From NCBI GenBank assembly GCA_044228435.1, contig JBGAUW010000006.1:4203-68202 (forward strand): a stretch of DNA of 64,000 bases. The letters run 5' to 3'. The translations under genes and the position numbers were made by a program. The DNA is from Chitinophagales bacterium (GTDB taxonomy: Bacteria > Bacteroidota > Bacteroidia > Chitinophagales > LD1). Below, one piece after another: positions 17,391 through 28,052 of the stretch. Below the pieces are notes generated by a model that searched no databases, was not told where the DNA came from, and saw only the letters and a program-made list of their open reading frames with translations. Within the stretch, counting starts at the first letter, position 1; every line of letters begins with the position of its first letter.

Positions 17391-19949
17391 ATGCAAAAAT
17401 TCAAAATACCTATAGCAGCAGGCGTAGTAGTAGTGGCGCTGGTGCTTGTCTATTTCCTGTTTATCCGCCAATCGGGCATATACCAGGCAATACCCTCATC
17501 GGCCATAGCCGTTATTGAGGTAAACAACTGGGGGCAACTAGGTGACAAGCTGGGCACTACCGGCACCGGTGCAGAGGTAAAAAAAACCGCTGCCATGCAA
17601 AAGCTAATGAGCGAGATTTCGCTTTTACAACAGTTGGTAAGCGCCGACAACTCGCTTAAAAGCAGCATTGCCTCGCAAAATACGGTAGCCTCGCTACACC
17701 TTACCTCGGCTACCGATTACGACTTTTTGTTTACCACCCGGCTTAGTGGGGTAAACGACAATACCTTGCTTAATCATATTCAGCATTCGCCATTGGTGCG
17801 TACGGTTAACGTGCACATTTTTAAAAACCAAAAAATAGTAGACTTACTGTTGAAGGATGGCCGGCAGCTAAGTTTTGCCAAGCAGGGTAGTGTATTGGCA
17901 ATAAGCTTTACTACTTTTTTAACCGAAAACGCCATGGCAGCCCTAAGCTCGGGTAATAATCTTAGCAGCGATAAAGGTTTTAAAGCGGTAATGGCTCCGC
18001 TTTCGGCTAAAGGTAGCCTGAAGATTTTCTTTAACTTTCAAAAGGCCGGGGTAATTTTTCCGGTAGCATTTAAATCGGAAAAAACTGCCTTGCTGCAGGA
18101 TGTAAATACCATTGGTGGCTGGGGCCGGTATGAAGTTAGTTTTACCAACGGGCAAATGGAGTTAGACGGGGAAATAAACGCCCTGCAGGAAACGGATGGC
18201 GCAGCAGTAAACATACTTAGCGAAAACCTGTTTGCCAAAATACCCGACCACGCCGCTTACGCGCACCTAAGCAGAACAGATACAGCCGGCAGCAATGCAC
18301 TAAGCGCTTATTTTAGTACCTGGATGGGCGCTACAAAAGCCTTTGCGGTGCTGGAGCCTTTAAAGCAAAACTACAGCGAGCAAAATGTATTGCTGGTAAG
18401 CATTAAAAACAAGGCAATTGCCATTCAAAAACTTAAGCAGTTGGCAGCTACCGGTGGAGGCACTCAGGCTCCGGTAGATACGTTTATGTCGGTTGAAATA
18501 TTTAACCTGCCCGATGGCGCTATATTAAACCAGGTATTTGGCAACAGCCTGGTAACTTTTGGCAATTGCTACTTTACCATTAATGGAAATGCAGCCATTT
18601 TTTGCAACAATATAGATGTGCTTAAACTGCTGCTCGAAAAAACAAACAAAGGTGAAACGCTGGATAAAGACCCAAACTTTATAAATACCGGGTTTAGTAA
18701 CTACAGCAAAAACACAGCCCTTACCTACGTTAATTTTCAGCGTAGCGACCTGCTAATACATGGGCTGCTGCAAGATAACTCTACCATTGCGGCATTGCTT
18801 TCATCCTTTAAAAACGAATTGAGCATTACCAACCAAACCGGTAAGAAGATTTTTTCGCACTTAACTTTTTACAGCGGCGGACAAGGGAAAGCATCCTCGG
18901 GCCTGGTTTGGAAAACCAAATTAAAGGCAGAGGCAGTTTTTACGCCACAAATGGTTTTAAACGGCACTACCGGCGAAAGAGAAGTATTTGTTCAGGATAC
19001 GGCTAATAACATTTACCTGCTGGGCCAATCGGGCGAAATATTATTTACCAAAAATACAGGCGAACCCATAATAGGCACTGTGCAGCAGCTGGATTATTAC
19101 AACAATGGCAAATTGCAATACATTTTCAACTCGGCCAGCCACGTGTTTATTGTAGACCGTTTAGGAAACGATGTGGGCTCATATCCACTTCGGCTAAGCT
19201 CTACAGCCACCGGCAGTCTTACACTGGTTAAAAACGGCGCTATTAGCCGCTATTACGTGCCTTGCGCTAATGGCAGCATTTATGGCTACGAAAGTAACGG
19301 CAAGCCACTTTCGGGCTGGAGCCCTAAAACCGGAATTGGCGTTTTAAGCCAGCCTTTGCTATACATTAACCAAAAGCGAAACGACCTTTTTATTGCGTTT
19401 AACACCGCCGGCAAGTTGCAATTGCTGGATGCACGCGGCAACCTTAAATGGGCCGTAGATAATTTGCCTGTGGCTAACCAGGGCTTTACAATAATACCTG
19501 CCAATGGCAATTTTGTGCTGCTGAATGCCCTGGGCAACCAGTTAACCGAAATTTCGGGCGATGGCAACGATAAAATAAACCCGCTTATAGATTCGGCTAC
19601 GGCTTTTACTGCACTACCCGGCTCCGACTCTGCCTACCTGTATTATTATAGCCATAACGGGCAGATAAGGGCTTACGATCAGGCGGCAGAATTCAAAACT
19701 TCTGCAAACCTGGCGGGGGCCGAAATTACAGCCCTGCAAACTATTACAACCGCCAATACTACCTACGTACTGGCTACGGATGGAGCAGGCAAACAGTTGT
19801 TTATTTTAGATACCGCTTTACAGCAAATAGCCACATTTAACTATGGCAGCGCCTACACATTTGCGATAGCCGATTTATTTAACCGCAACCAGTTTATGGT
19901 AATAACTGCCGATAGAGGGGGTAGCATTTCCTGCTACCGTGTTAAATAA
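17391..19949 (+). CDS. membrane-anchored protein of unknown function with beta-propeller-like C-terminal repeats
   Basis: One N-terminal transmembrane helix. The N-terminal half resembles DUF3352-type proteins. The C-terminal 330 aa carry PQQ/BamB-like repeat units (IYLLGQSGEILF, VFIVDRLGNDVG, IYGYESNGKPLSGW, LQLLDARGNLKW). Confidence 0.8.
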   Translation: MQKFKIPIAAGVVVVALVLVYFLFIRQSGIYQAIPSSAIAVIEVNNWGQLGDKLGTTGTGAEVKKTAAMQKLMSEISLLQQLVSADNSLKSSIASQNTVASLHLTSATDYDFLFTTRLSGVNDNTLLNHIQHSPLVRTVNVHIFKNQKIVDLLLKDGRQLSFAKQGSVLAISFTTFLTENAMAALSSGNNLSSDKGFKAVMAPLSAKGSLKIFFNFQKAGVIFPVAFKSEKTALLQDVNTIGGWGRYEVSFTNGQMELDGEINALQETDGAAVNILSENLFAKIPDHAAYAHLSRTDTAGSNALSAYFSTWMGATKAFAVLEPLKQNYSEQNVLLVSIKNKAIAIQKLKQLAATGGGTQAPVDTFMSVEIFNLPDGAILNQVFGNSLVTFGNCYFTINGNAAIFCNNIDVLKLLLEKTNKGETLDKDPNFINTGFSNYSKNTALTYVNFQRSDLLIHGLLQDNSTIAALLSSFKNELSITNQTGKKIFSHLTFYSGGQGKASSGLVWKTKLKAEAVFTPQMVLNGTTGEREVFVQDTANNIYLLGQSGEILFTKNTGEPIIGTVQQLDYYNNGKLQYIFNSASHVFIVDRLGNDVGSYPLRLSSTATGSLTLVKNGAISRYYVPCANGSIYGYESNGKPLSGWSPKTGIGVLSQPLLYINQKRNDLFIAFNTAGKLQLLDARGNLKWAVDNLPVANQGFTIIPANGNFVLLNALGNQLTEISGDGNDKINPLIDSATAFTALPGSDSAYLYYYSHNGQIRAYDQAAEFKTSANLAGAEITALQTITTANTTYVLATDGAGKQLFILDTALQQIATFNYGSAYTFAIADLFNRNQFMVITADRGGSISCYRVK

Positions 19950-19972
19950 CTTTTAATATTATTAACAACAAT

Positions 19973-19988
19973 AGTTGTATATACAACT
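19973..19988. promoter_or_regulatory. perfect 16-bp palindrome AGTTGTATATACAACT upstream of yceI
   Basis: It overlaps the -33 region of a TATGTTTG -7 box at 19999..20006 and is followed by GTTTTGTTTTT. It could be an operator or the terminator of the upstream gene. Confidence 0.4.
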
Positions 19989-20040
19989 GTTTTGTTTTTA
20001 TGTTTGTGTTGCAATTAATTACTAATTAAAAACACAAACC

Positions 20041-20613
20041 ATGAAAAAGTTAATTACAGTATTAGCCATAGCGGCTACCCTTGTTACCAACGCACAAACC
20101 TGGACCGTTGACAATTCGCATAGCGGCGTAAAGTTTTCAGTAAGCCACCTGGTAATATCTGAAGTAGAAGGCCAGTTTAAAACCTTTAGCGGCAACATTA
20201 CTGCAGCAAAGGAAGATTTTAGCGATGCTAAAATTGATTTCAAAATTGACGTAAACAGCATTAACACCGATAACGAAGGCCGCGATAAGCACCTGAAGAG
20301 CGATGACTTTTTTAATGCAGAGAAGTACCCAACCATTACCTTTAAAAGCACCTCGCTTAAAAAAGTAAGCGGCAACAAATACGTGCTGGAAGGCGATTTA
20401 ACCCTGCGCGATGTAACCAAGAAGGTGAAATTTGATGTGGTTTATAACGGCACTGTTAAAGACCCTTATGGCAACACTAAAGCAGGTTTTAAAATTGTAG
20501 GTGTGGTAGACCGTTTAGCTTACGGCTTAAAATGGAACACACTGGCAGAATCGGGCCCTGTAGTAGGCAAAGACGTAACATTTACAGTAAACCTTGAGTT
20601 AAAGAAGGGTTAA
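20041..20613 (+). CDS. YceI-family polyisoprenoid-binding protein
   Basis: Signal peptide, then WTVDNSHSGVKFSVSHLVISEVEGQFKTF, typical of YceI. Confidence 0.88.
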   Translation: MKKLITVLAIAATLVTNAQTWTVDNSHSGVKFSVSHLVISEVEGQFKTFSGNITAAKEDFSDAKIDFKIDVNSINTDNEGRDKHLKSDDFFNAEKYPTITFKSTSLKKVSGNKYVLEGDLTLRDVTKKVKFDVVYNGTVKDPYGNTKAGFKIVGVVDRLAYGLKWNTLAESGPVVGKDVTFTVNLELKKG

Positions 20614-20642
20614 AAATAAAAAAGGTGTAGTTGAAACAGTGA

Positions 20643-20667
20643 AGCGGGATAATTGTCCCGCTTTTTT
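20643..20667 (+). terminator. intrinsic terminator after yceI
   Basis: AGCGGGA / TCCCGCT stem with a 6-nt loop, then T6. Confidence 0.6.
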
Positions 20668-20691
20668 AATTTTGTAGAAACCCGAGCAATT

Positions 20692-21153
20692 ATGCCGTCG
20701 ATAGAGGATTTAATACAACAGAACAAATTCAGAGACGAGAAGCACAAAGCTATCATCAGCGTTATATATACTTCTAACCTGCTCTCCAATTTTCACGAGT
20801 CGTATTTTAAAAAGTTCAACCTCACCTCGCAGCAGTATAATGCATTACGCATTTTGCGCGGACAGTATCCAAAACCAGCTACGGTAAATGTAATACGCGA
20901 TAGAATGATGGATAAAATGAGTGATGCATCGCGCATAGTAGAGCGGCTGCGTAAGGCGGGTTTTGTAGAGCGTGTTGTTTGCAAAGAAGATCGCCGGGCA
21001 GTAGATGTGCAAATAACCCAAAAGGGATTAGATGTTTTGGCTGAAATTGATGCCCACGATGAGAAGATAGATAAACCTGCCGAACAGCTAACCCAGGAAG
21101 AAGCCCGGGAATTAAGCCGTTTACTTGGTAAAATGATTGATGCCCTCGTTTAG
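20692..21153 (+). CDS. MarR-family transcriptional regulator
   Basis: Winged-helix core (LTSQQYNALRILRG...MDKMSDASRIVERLRKAGFVER). The start was moved to the ATG at 20692 because the track's start lies inside the upstream terminator. A TAATTTTG -7 box sits at 20667..20674. Confidence 0.85.
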   Translation: MPSIEDLIQQNKFRDEKHKAIISVIYTSNLLSNFHESYFKKFNLTSQQYNALRILRGQYPKPATVNVIRDRMMDKMSDASRIVERLRKAGFVERVVCKEDRRAVDVQITQKGLDVLAEIDAHDEKIDKPAEQLTQEEARELSRLLGKMIDALV

Positions 21154-21162
21154 TAGAAGGGT

Positions 21163-22050
21163 CTACGATTTTAGTTTTTTAAACCTGGCAAAAGCCCCTA
21201 ACGGTAGTTTTTTCTTAAAACTATCTACCAGGTACAACTCTCCTACCTCTAGGTTTTCGGCTTTAAAATTTTGCTGCACCATGTTCTCCAGTATAAGCGA
21301 TGAGAAGCCAAGCGAATAGGCATTTAAAATTAAAAAATGCTCCTGCTCATCCAGCAGTTGCAGCACGCTCTTCATCATCTCGTTAATATTGTCCTCCAAC
21401 TTCCATTTTTCGCCATCGGGGCCGTGGCCAAAAGCCGGTGGGTCTAATATTATGCCATTGTATTTATTGCCGCGCTTTACTTCGCGCTTGGCGTATTTAA
21501 GTGCATCTTCTACTATCCAGCGTATATCAGTAAGTCCGCTTAATTCCATATTCTCCTTGGCCCAGCTAACCACCTGTTTAATCGAATCGAGGTGAGTAGT
21601 GTTGGCCCCTGCAGCCCTCGCCGCCAGCGATGCACCACCGGTGTAGGCAAACAAGTTCAAAAACTTGGGGTGCGAAGTATTCATCTTGGCTACGGTATTA
21701 AAAATATAATCCCAGTTAACTGCCTGCTCCGGAAAAACGCCTACGTGCTTAAACGAGGTTAAGCCTAACCGGAATTTAATCTCCTGGTCTTGCTTATGTA
21801 TTTTATACTTAATCTGCCATTGGTCGGGGCTGTTTTTCAACTTTTTCCAATCGCCGCTGCTGCTTGATTTAGGCACAAACTTTACATGCGCGCGCTTCTC
21901 CCACTCGGCCATGCTCATACCGGGGTCCCACACAGCTTGTGGCTCGGGGCGTATAGTAATACAACTTCCAAAGCGCTCCAGCTTTTGAAAGTTTCCACAA
22001 TCAATCAATTCGTAATCGGTAAAGCCCTGTGGGGTTAAGGAAAGTATCAT
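21163..22050 (-). CDS. class I SAM-dependent methyltransferase (RlmI/RlmK-like catalytic domain)
   Basis: FLNLFAYTGGASLAAR (motif I) and IILDPPAFG (motif IV). Confidence 0.8.
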   Translation of the reverse strand: MILSLTPQGFTDYELIDCGNFQKLERFGSCITIRPEPQAVWDPGMSMAEWEKRAHVKFVPKSSSSGDWKKLKNSPDQWQIKYKIHKQDQEIKFRLGLTSFKHVGVFPEQAVNWDYIFNTVAKMNTSHPKFLNLFAYTGGASLAARAAGANTTHLDSIKQVVSWAKENMELSGLTDIRWIVEDALKYAKREVKRGNKYNGIILDPPAFGHGPDGEKWKLEDNINEMMKSVLQLLDEQEHFLILNAYSLGFSSLILENMVQQNFKAENLEVGELYLVDSFKKKLPLGAFARFKKLKS

Positions 22051-22086
22051 GCCGCAAAATAATCAGGATAAAGTAAATGGGGGCTA

Positions 22087-22410
22087 TTACTCAGCCGCTT
22101 TCTCTTCAACAATTACAAACACATCTTCGTTGTCGCGCTTCATCCAGTAATGCTCGCGGGCAAATTTCTCCTGCGTGGCGGGGTTGCTGTTCAGTTCCGA
22201 AAAGGCCTTGTTGGTTTCTTTAATCTGGTCCTTGTAGTATTTGCGCTTCTCAAGCAGGGCCGATAGCTCTTTGTGTTTGTGGTACTGCGTTATCATGTTG
22301 CAATCATCAAAAAACACCATCCACACCCCAAACACTACAATAACTATCACAAACGGATTGGTAATCCACCAGGGTAGTTTAGAGATATTCTTTTGCAGCA
22401 GTTTCCACAT
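22087..22410 (-). CDS. septum formation initiator (FtsB/DivIC-like) protein
   Basis: 107 aa with one transmembrane helix followed by a coiled coil (ELSALLEKRKYYKDQIKETNKAFSEL). Confidence 0.75.
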   Translation of the reverse strand: MWKLLQKNISKLPWWITNPFVIVIVVFGVWMVFFDDCNMITQYHKHKELSALLEKRKYYKDQIKETNKAFSELNSNPATQEKFAREHYWMKRDNEDVFVIVEEKAAE

Positions 22411-22502
22411 AATGGTTGCTAAATTGGCAATAAACGGCGGTTAATACCTTAAACGATTTGCACCGTAGTATTGTAAAAGATACAGGGAGCCCTTGGGGAG
22501 AA

Positions 22503-22583
22503 AGTCATTCGATGACTCTTCTTATATAAAGTGCTGATTTGTATACTAAACTGCGCCTAAAATCAAAAAGTCATTGGATGACT
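22503..22583. repeat. two copies of the palindrome AAAGTCATTnGATGACT, 66 bp apart
   Basis: AGTCATTCGATGACT at 22503..22517 and AGTCATTGGATGACT at 22569..22583. The second copy overlaps the stop codon of the 439-aa gene. Confidence 0.5.
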
Positions 22584-23901
22584 AATGACGCTCCTCTTCC
22601 CTCAACACAAACCCCAGGGTATTAGCCACCAACTTAGGGTCCATTTTTATAATAAAAGCAAACATAAACACGGGCATTAGCGGCGTACGATACCTTACCA
22701 AATTACCCAATACCGGCGTGCACATGCCCACCAGCGCAAAATAAGCCAGCGAAAAAGTAAGCAGAAATAAAAACAGGTTCAGGTTATATGGATTGCGCCA
22801 GTTAGTGGAAAAGATAAACAGTAACAAAAAAGGAATTATGATAAAATTTTCGGCGGCGCTTAAGGCCATCATTATGTTTTTGCTTTCCAAAAGCGTTGGA
22901 CGAAAAAGCGCATTACGCATCCCTACCAGCGCCACTTTTACAATACTGCCTGCATTATCCTCCAGCACCGGTATATCGATGCGGCTGCCGGCCTTAGCGT
23001 AAATAGCCTCTTTTATAGAGTGCGTTTGCTTATTAAGCAACATTTGTTGCAGGTTAATGCGGGGCACCAGGTAATGCATATTAAATGCTACCAGTAATAA
23101 CACAAATGTTACTACCACATATTTAGCGGCTACAAAAGCTATGCTTTGCCTTTTACCAAATAAAACAAAAGCTATAAGTGCCGGGGCCAGGCACACTAAT
23201 ACAAAAAACTTACTGGCTAAAACAATAATAAAACCCGCTATTACTTTCAAAATAGGCCGCCAGCTGAATCTGAAATAAAGAATGCCCGATATAAGCAAGC
23301 CAAGCCCAAGTACTAAGAGCGGCTCCTTCATTACCCCGCTGGTCCAAAACAAAACGGAGGGTAAAAATAAAATGGGTAAGGCCAGTATTGCATTCTGCTT
23401 ATCAGCAAAACCTAAAATGGCATTGGTAAGCAGCACCCAACCTACCAGCGAAAAAAAACAGAAGAAAAGAATGTGAACGAAGTAAGTTTTAAACGAAACA
23501 AACATCAAGATGGCATTTAATCGTATCACCGTTCTGTTTTCATTAATAGGAGCCTCGTCAAAATTGCGGGTCCAGTTTTTAAGCCTACGCATGGAACTTG
23601 GCTTATCAAATGATGAACCCAAGATCATTATGCTAGCGAAAGTTGACGGATTTTCTGCACGTATTTCGTGCAGGGTTAAAGCATCGGTATAAAATTTATG
23701 CACGTCGTTATTCTGCACATCTTTATAGTAGAAGGTATAAATGAACCAGATAAAAATGCCCACTACAAACTTTGCATTAAACAGCAGATAGGTTACAAAA
23801 GGCTTAAAGCTTTTAAACTGCAGCCTTTTAAACTTATAAATAAGAAAGTTAAACAGCCCGAGGTATAGTAATGTGAGAATAACTTCTTTTGCCATCGGCA
23901 A
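22582..23901 (-). CDS. polytopic membrane protein of unknown function
   Basis: 439 aa with about 12 hydrophobic segments. I found no recognisable motif. The resemblance to GT-C or polymerase-like membrane proteins is only general. Confidence 0.75.
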   Translation of the reverse strand: MPMAKEVILTLLYLGLFNFLIYKFKRLQFKSFKPFVTYLLFNAKFVVGIFIWFIYTFYYKDVQNNDVHKFYTDALTLHEIRAENPSTFASIMILGSSFDKPSSMRRLKNWTRNFDEAPINENRTVIRLNAILMFVSFKTYFVHILFFCFFSLVGWVLLTNAILGFADKQNAILALPILFLPSVLFWTSGVMKEPLLVLGLGLLISGILYFRFSWRPILKVIAGFIIVLASKFFVLVCLAPALIAFVLFGKRQSIAFVAAKYVVVTFVLLLVAFNMHYLVPRINLQQMLLNKQTHSIKEAIYAKAGSRIDIPVLEDNAGSIVKVALVGMRNALFRPTLLESKNIMMALSAAENFIIIPFLLLFIFSTNWRNPYNLNLFLFLLTFSLAYFALVGMCTPVLGNLVRYRTPLMPVFMFAFIIKMDPKLVANTLGFVLREEERH

Positions 23902-23959
23902 CTAAGGTAAAAAAATACCCCAAACCCCTAAAGGGGTCTTTCTCGACAATAGGTATACT

Positions 23960-24835
23960 TTACATGCTACCCGATTCTGGCCAGTTTGTCCAATGAGTAT
24001 TTGCTTTTATAGTTGGCTTATATTGTTTTGAATCTTTCGTAGCAATAACTTTAGCTATCAATTGCCAGGTCTCATAAGAACTCGGCCTATTGTTCTTCCA
24101 AATTTCTTTGTTCCAGTCATCGCTCAATACTTCCCGTTGCATAAATAATTGCGCAAAATTCTCAAAGGTCATTCCATCAAGTCCGGTTAAGCTCTTATTG
24201 AAGTCATAGGATTGACGGAGATGTTCTTCCGTCATTGTAGGCGAAATTTGAAGTTGAAAATCTTTGTGAAACCACTCGTCAAGCACTAAAATCTTTTCCA
24301 GGTCAAAAGGAATGGACTTACATAATTCATCGTCGCTTGCGCGAAATAAATCACCATTATGCGCAGCTACCAGTCTTGCTATTTCTTCGGCGCTTATTTC
24401 ATTTGGCTCATATTCCTTCAACATAATACCAGCCTCAATATAGTCCCGTTTGTTATGGCTTAATGAAACTTGCTGACCCCTAATTATCCAAAATTTCGCA
24501 TCTGACTTTAATCTTTCACCGTCAATTGTTTCATTAAAACTATCAGTGTCAATTGGATAGATACTGTAATAACTTGCTGGCCGATCGTTATAAGTCTCCA
24601 AGTTTACCAAACAATTGCCGTAGTAATTAATATCAAGAATTACAGATCCGGCTCTGGGATTGTAGCCAAGCCTTTCTACAGCGATCGCCCAGCGATTTTC
24701 GTTCCCACAAAAAACATTAAGCCGTGAATCAATGAGGTAAGAATAAACGTGACCAAGTTCAACAAAAGAACAATAATACCCGTCATTGGAATAGTCAAGT
24801 GTGTTTAATATATCCGCCTCAGTCATGGTATGCAC
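23960..24835 (-). CDS. hypothetical cytoplasmic protein
   Basis: 291-aa ORF with no signal peptide and no family I recognise. Confidence 0.7.
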   Translation of the reverse strand: MHTMTEADILNTLDYSNDGYYCSFVELGHVYSYLIDSRLNVFCGNENRWAIAVERLGYNPRAGSVILDINYYGNCLVNLETYNDRPASYYSIYPIDTDSFNETIDGERLKSDAKFWIIRGQQVSLSHNKRDYIEAGIMLKEYEPNEISAEEIARLVAAHNGDLFRASDDELCKSIPFDLEKILVLDEWFHKDFQLQISPTMTEEHLRQSYDFNKSLTGLDGMTFENFAQLFMQREVLSDDWNKEIWKNNRPSSYETWQLIAKVIATKDSKQYKPTIKANTHWTNWPESGSM

Positions 24836-24958
24836 TTATGGTTTTTGATAGGCCTTATCAAATTTAATACTCGCCTTCTATTATTATAATGCTATTTTAA
24901 AACAAAAGAGCGCACCTATATAATAGATACGCTCTCAATTTAACCGATCAGTAATATA

Positions 24959-26257
<1,299 letters not shown>

Positions 26258-26321
26258 TTATTGGTTGATTAGTTAATAGTTATTGGGTTTAATGCAAGAG
26301 CGAACATAAAGAAACAAAACA

Positions 26322-26786
26322 CTAAGGCTGATTTTCGTAACGTAAAGTCTTTTTAGTAGTGGCATCTGCCGGCTTTTGTATCACTACATACACCTCTTCG
26401 CGTTTATTGTTATTACTATCGGCTAAAAAAGCTTCGGCTATCATACCGTCTCTTTCTCCCTTCATTACAGTATCGCTTTTATTATCTGCCCCTCTGCGCA
26501 AAATAGCAAACTCGCCGTGCGATGCAGGGCCTCCATACCCAATTACATCGTATACCAGTTTATCGTGCACCACTAAAGTTTTATGGAACTCATACGAGCT
26601 TTCAAATCCCTTTTGCATGTTGGTATCAATAGCAATGGCCGATGAATCTAAATCGCCAAGCACCGGCGTTTTATCGTGCTGGCTTTGGCAGGCAGTAACA
26701 GACGATAGACAATAGACGATAGACAATAGAAAACAGCCTTTAGCAAGCGCTTTCTTCCAATCGATATGTTTATCTTCTTCTTTCAA
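26322..26786 (-). CDS. lipoprotein of unknown function
   Basis: 154 aa with a lipobox-like SVTAC. The region encoding the signal peptide contains a perfect 14-bp tandem duplication. Confidence 0.7.
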   Translation of the reverse strand: MKEEDKHIDWKKALAKGCFLLSIVYCLSSVTACQSQHDKTPVLGDLDSSAIAIDTNMQKGFESSYEFHKTLVVHDKLVYDVIGYGGPASHGEFAILRRGADNKSDTVMKGERDGMIAEAFLADSNNNKREEVYVVIQKPADATTKKTLRYENQP

Positions 26787-26787
26787 T

Positions 26788-27897
26788 TTACTTAGTGGTC
26801 ATTGATTCTACAAACTGGTCGAATAAATAGCGGCTATCGTGCGGCCCCGGCGAACTTTCGGGGTGGTATTGCACACTAAAAGCTTTTTTGCCTTTTATAC
26901 GTATGCCTTCAATCGTATTGTCGTTCAGGTTTACGTGGGTAATTTCTACGGTGCTCGATTTTTCAATATCGGGGCGCGAAACCTCAAAGCCGTGATTCTG
27001 CGATGTAATTTCGCTTAAGCCGGTTATTAAATTTTGCACCGGGTGGTTAGCGCCACGGTGTCCGTGGTGCATTTTATGCGTAGGTATTCCGTTAGCCTGT
27101 GCTAAAAGTTGGTGGCCAAGGCATATACCAAACAAAGGCTTGTTTGCCTCGCAAATTTCTTTCACAGTTTTAATAGCGTAGTCCATAGCGGCAGGGTCGC
27201 CCGGGCCGTTAGAAATAAAGTAGCCGTTCGGCTTAAACTCCTCCATCTCTTTAAAGCTGGTTTTGGCATTAAACACTTTGCTGTAAATGCCGCGGCCGGC
27301 CATATTCTTCAAAATGTTTTCCTTAATGCCGCAATCTAAAACGGCAACACGCAGCTTTGCGTTCTCATCGCCGTAGTTGTAAGGTTTATCGGTAGTTACT
27401 TTCAATACTAAATCAAGGCCATCCATGTTCGGCACTTCGCTCAGCTTTTTCTTTAATGCCTCTACATCGGTAACCTCCGAACTGATAATGCAGTTCATAG
27501 CACCGTTTTTGCGCACGTGTATGGTTAAAGCGCGGGTATCTACATCGCTAATACCTACCAGGTTATTGTTTTCAAAATAATCCTGTAGCGAGCTTTCGCC
27601 CGAAAGGCGCGAAAAACTTTGGCCCGAATATTTTTTACAAATAACGCCGGCAATTTTAACACTGTCCGACTCTATCTCATCGGCCCTAACCCCGTAGTTG
27701 CCTATGTGGTCGTTGGTCATAATTATTATTTGACCAAAATAACTGGGGTCGGTAAAAATTTCCTGGTAGCCGGTCATGGAGGTGTTAAAGCAAATTTCGC
27801 CACTGGTAGTGCCGGTTTTGCCCAACGATTTACCATGAAACACGGTGCCATCGGCTAATAAAAGTACTGCGGGAACGGGAGAAAAGGATTTTGTCAT
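26788..27897 (-). CDS. carA: carbamoyl-phosphate synthase small (glutaminase) subunit
   Basis: 369 aa. Class-I amidotransferase triad context (PLFGICLGHQLL, HGHRGANHPV). Confidence 0.96.
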   Translation of the reverse strand: MTKSFSPVPAVLLLADGTVFHGKSLGKTGTTSGEICFNTSMTGYQEIFTDPSYFGQIIIMTNDHIGNYGVRADEIESDSVKIAGVICKKYSGQSFSRLSGESSLQDYFENNNLVGISDVDTRALTIHVRKNGAMNCIISSEVTDVEALKKKLSEVPNMDGLDLVLKVTTDKPYNYGDENAKLRVAVLDCGIKENILKNMAGRGIYSKVFNAKTSFKEMEEFKPNGYFISNGPGDPAAMDYAIKTVKEICEANKPLFGICLGHQLLAQANGIPTHKMHHGHRGANHPVQNLITGLSEITSQNHGFEVSRPDIEKSSTVEITHVNLNDNTIEGIRIKGKKAFSVQYHPESSPGPHDSRYLFDQFVESMTTK

Positions 27898-28052
27898 CGA
27901 ATCAGGTTAATTCGAGGTGCGAATATAAACCGTCAGAATTATGATTGGAATGATTTGATGAAAAAGTATGATTATTGTGTGGAAAAGATTTCGGGCAGGA
28001 AAGTTTTATTAGGGAAGAGAAGATATAATCAACGAAATCATAGTTCATACCA

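Noticed and set aside
23960-24835. Apparent low GC of the 291-aa orphan gene as evidence of horizontal transfer
   Set aside because: Hand counts of 60-nt blocks gave 32-45 percent, overlapping with the value I counted in eno (about 40 percent). I cannot support a compositional anomaly without a proper windowed calculation.
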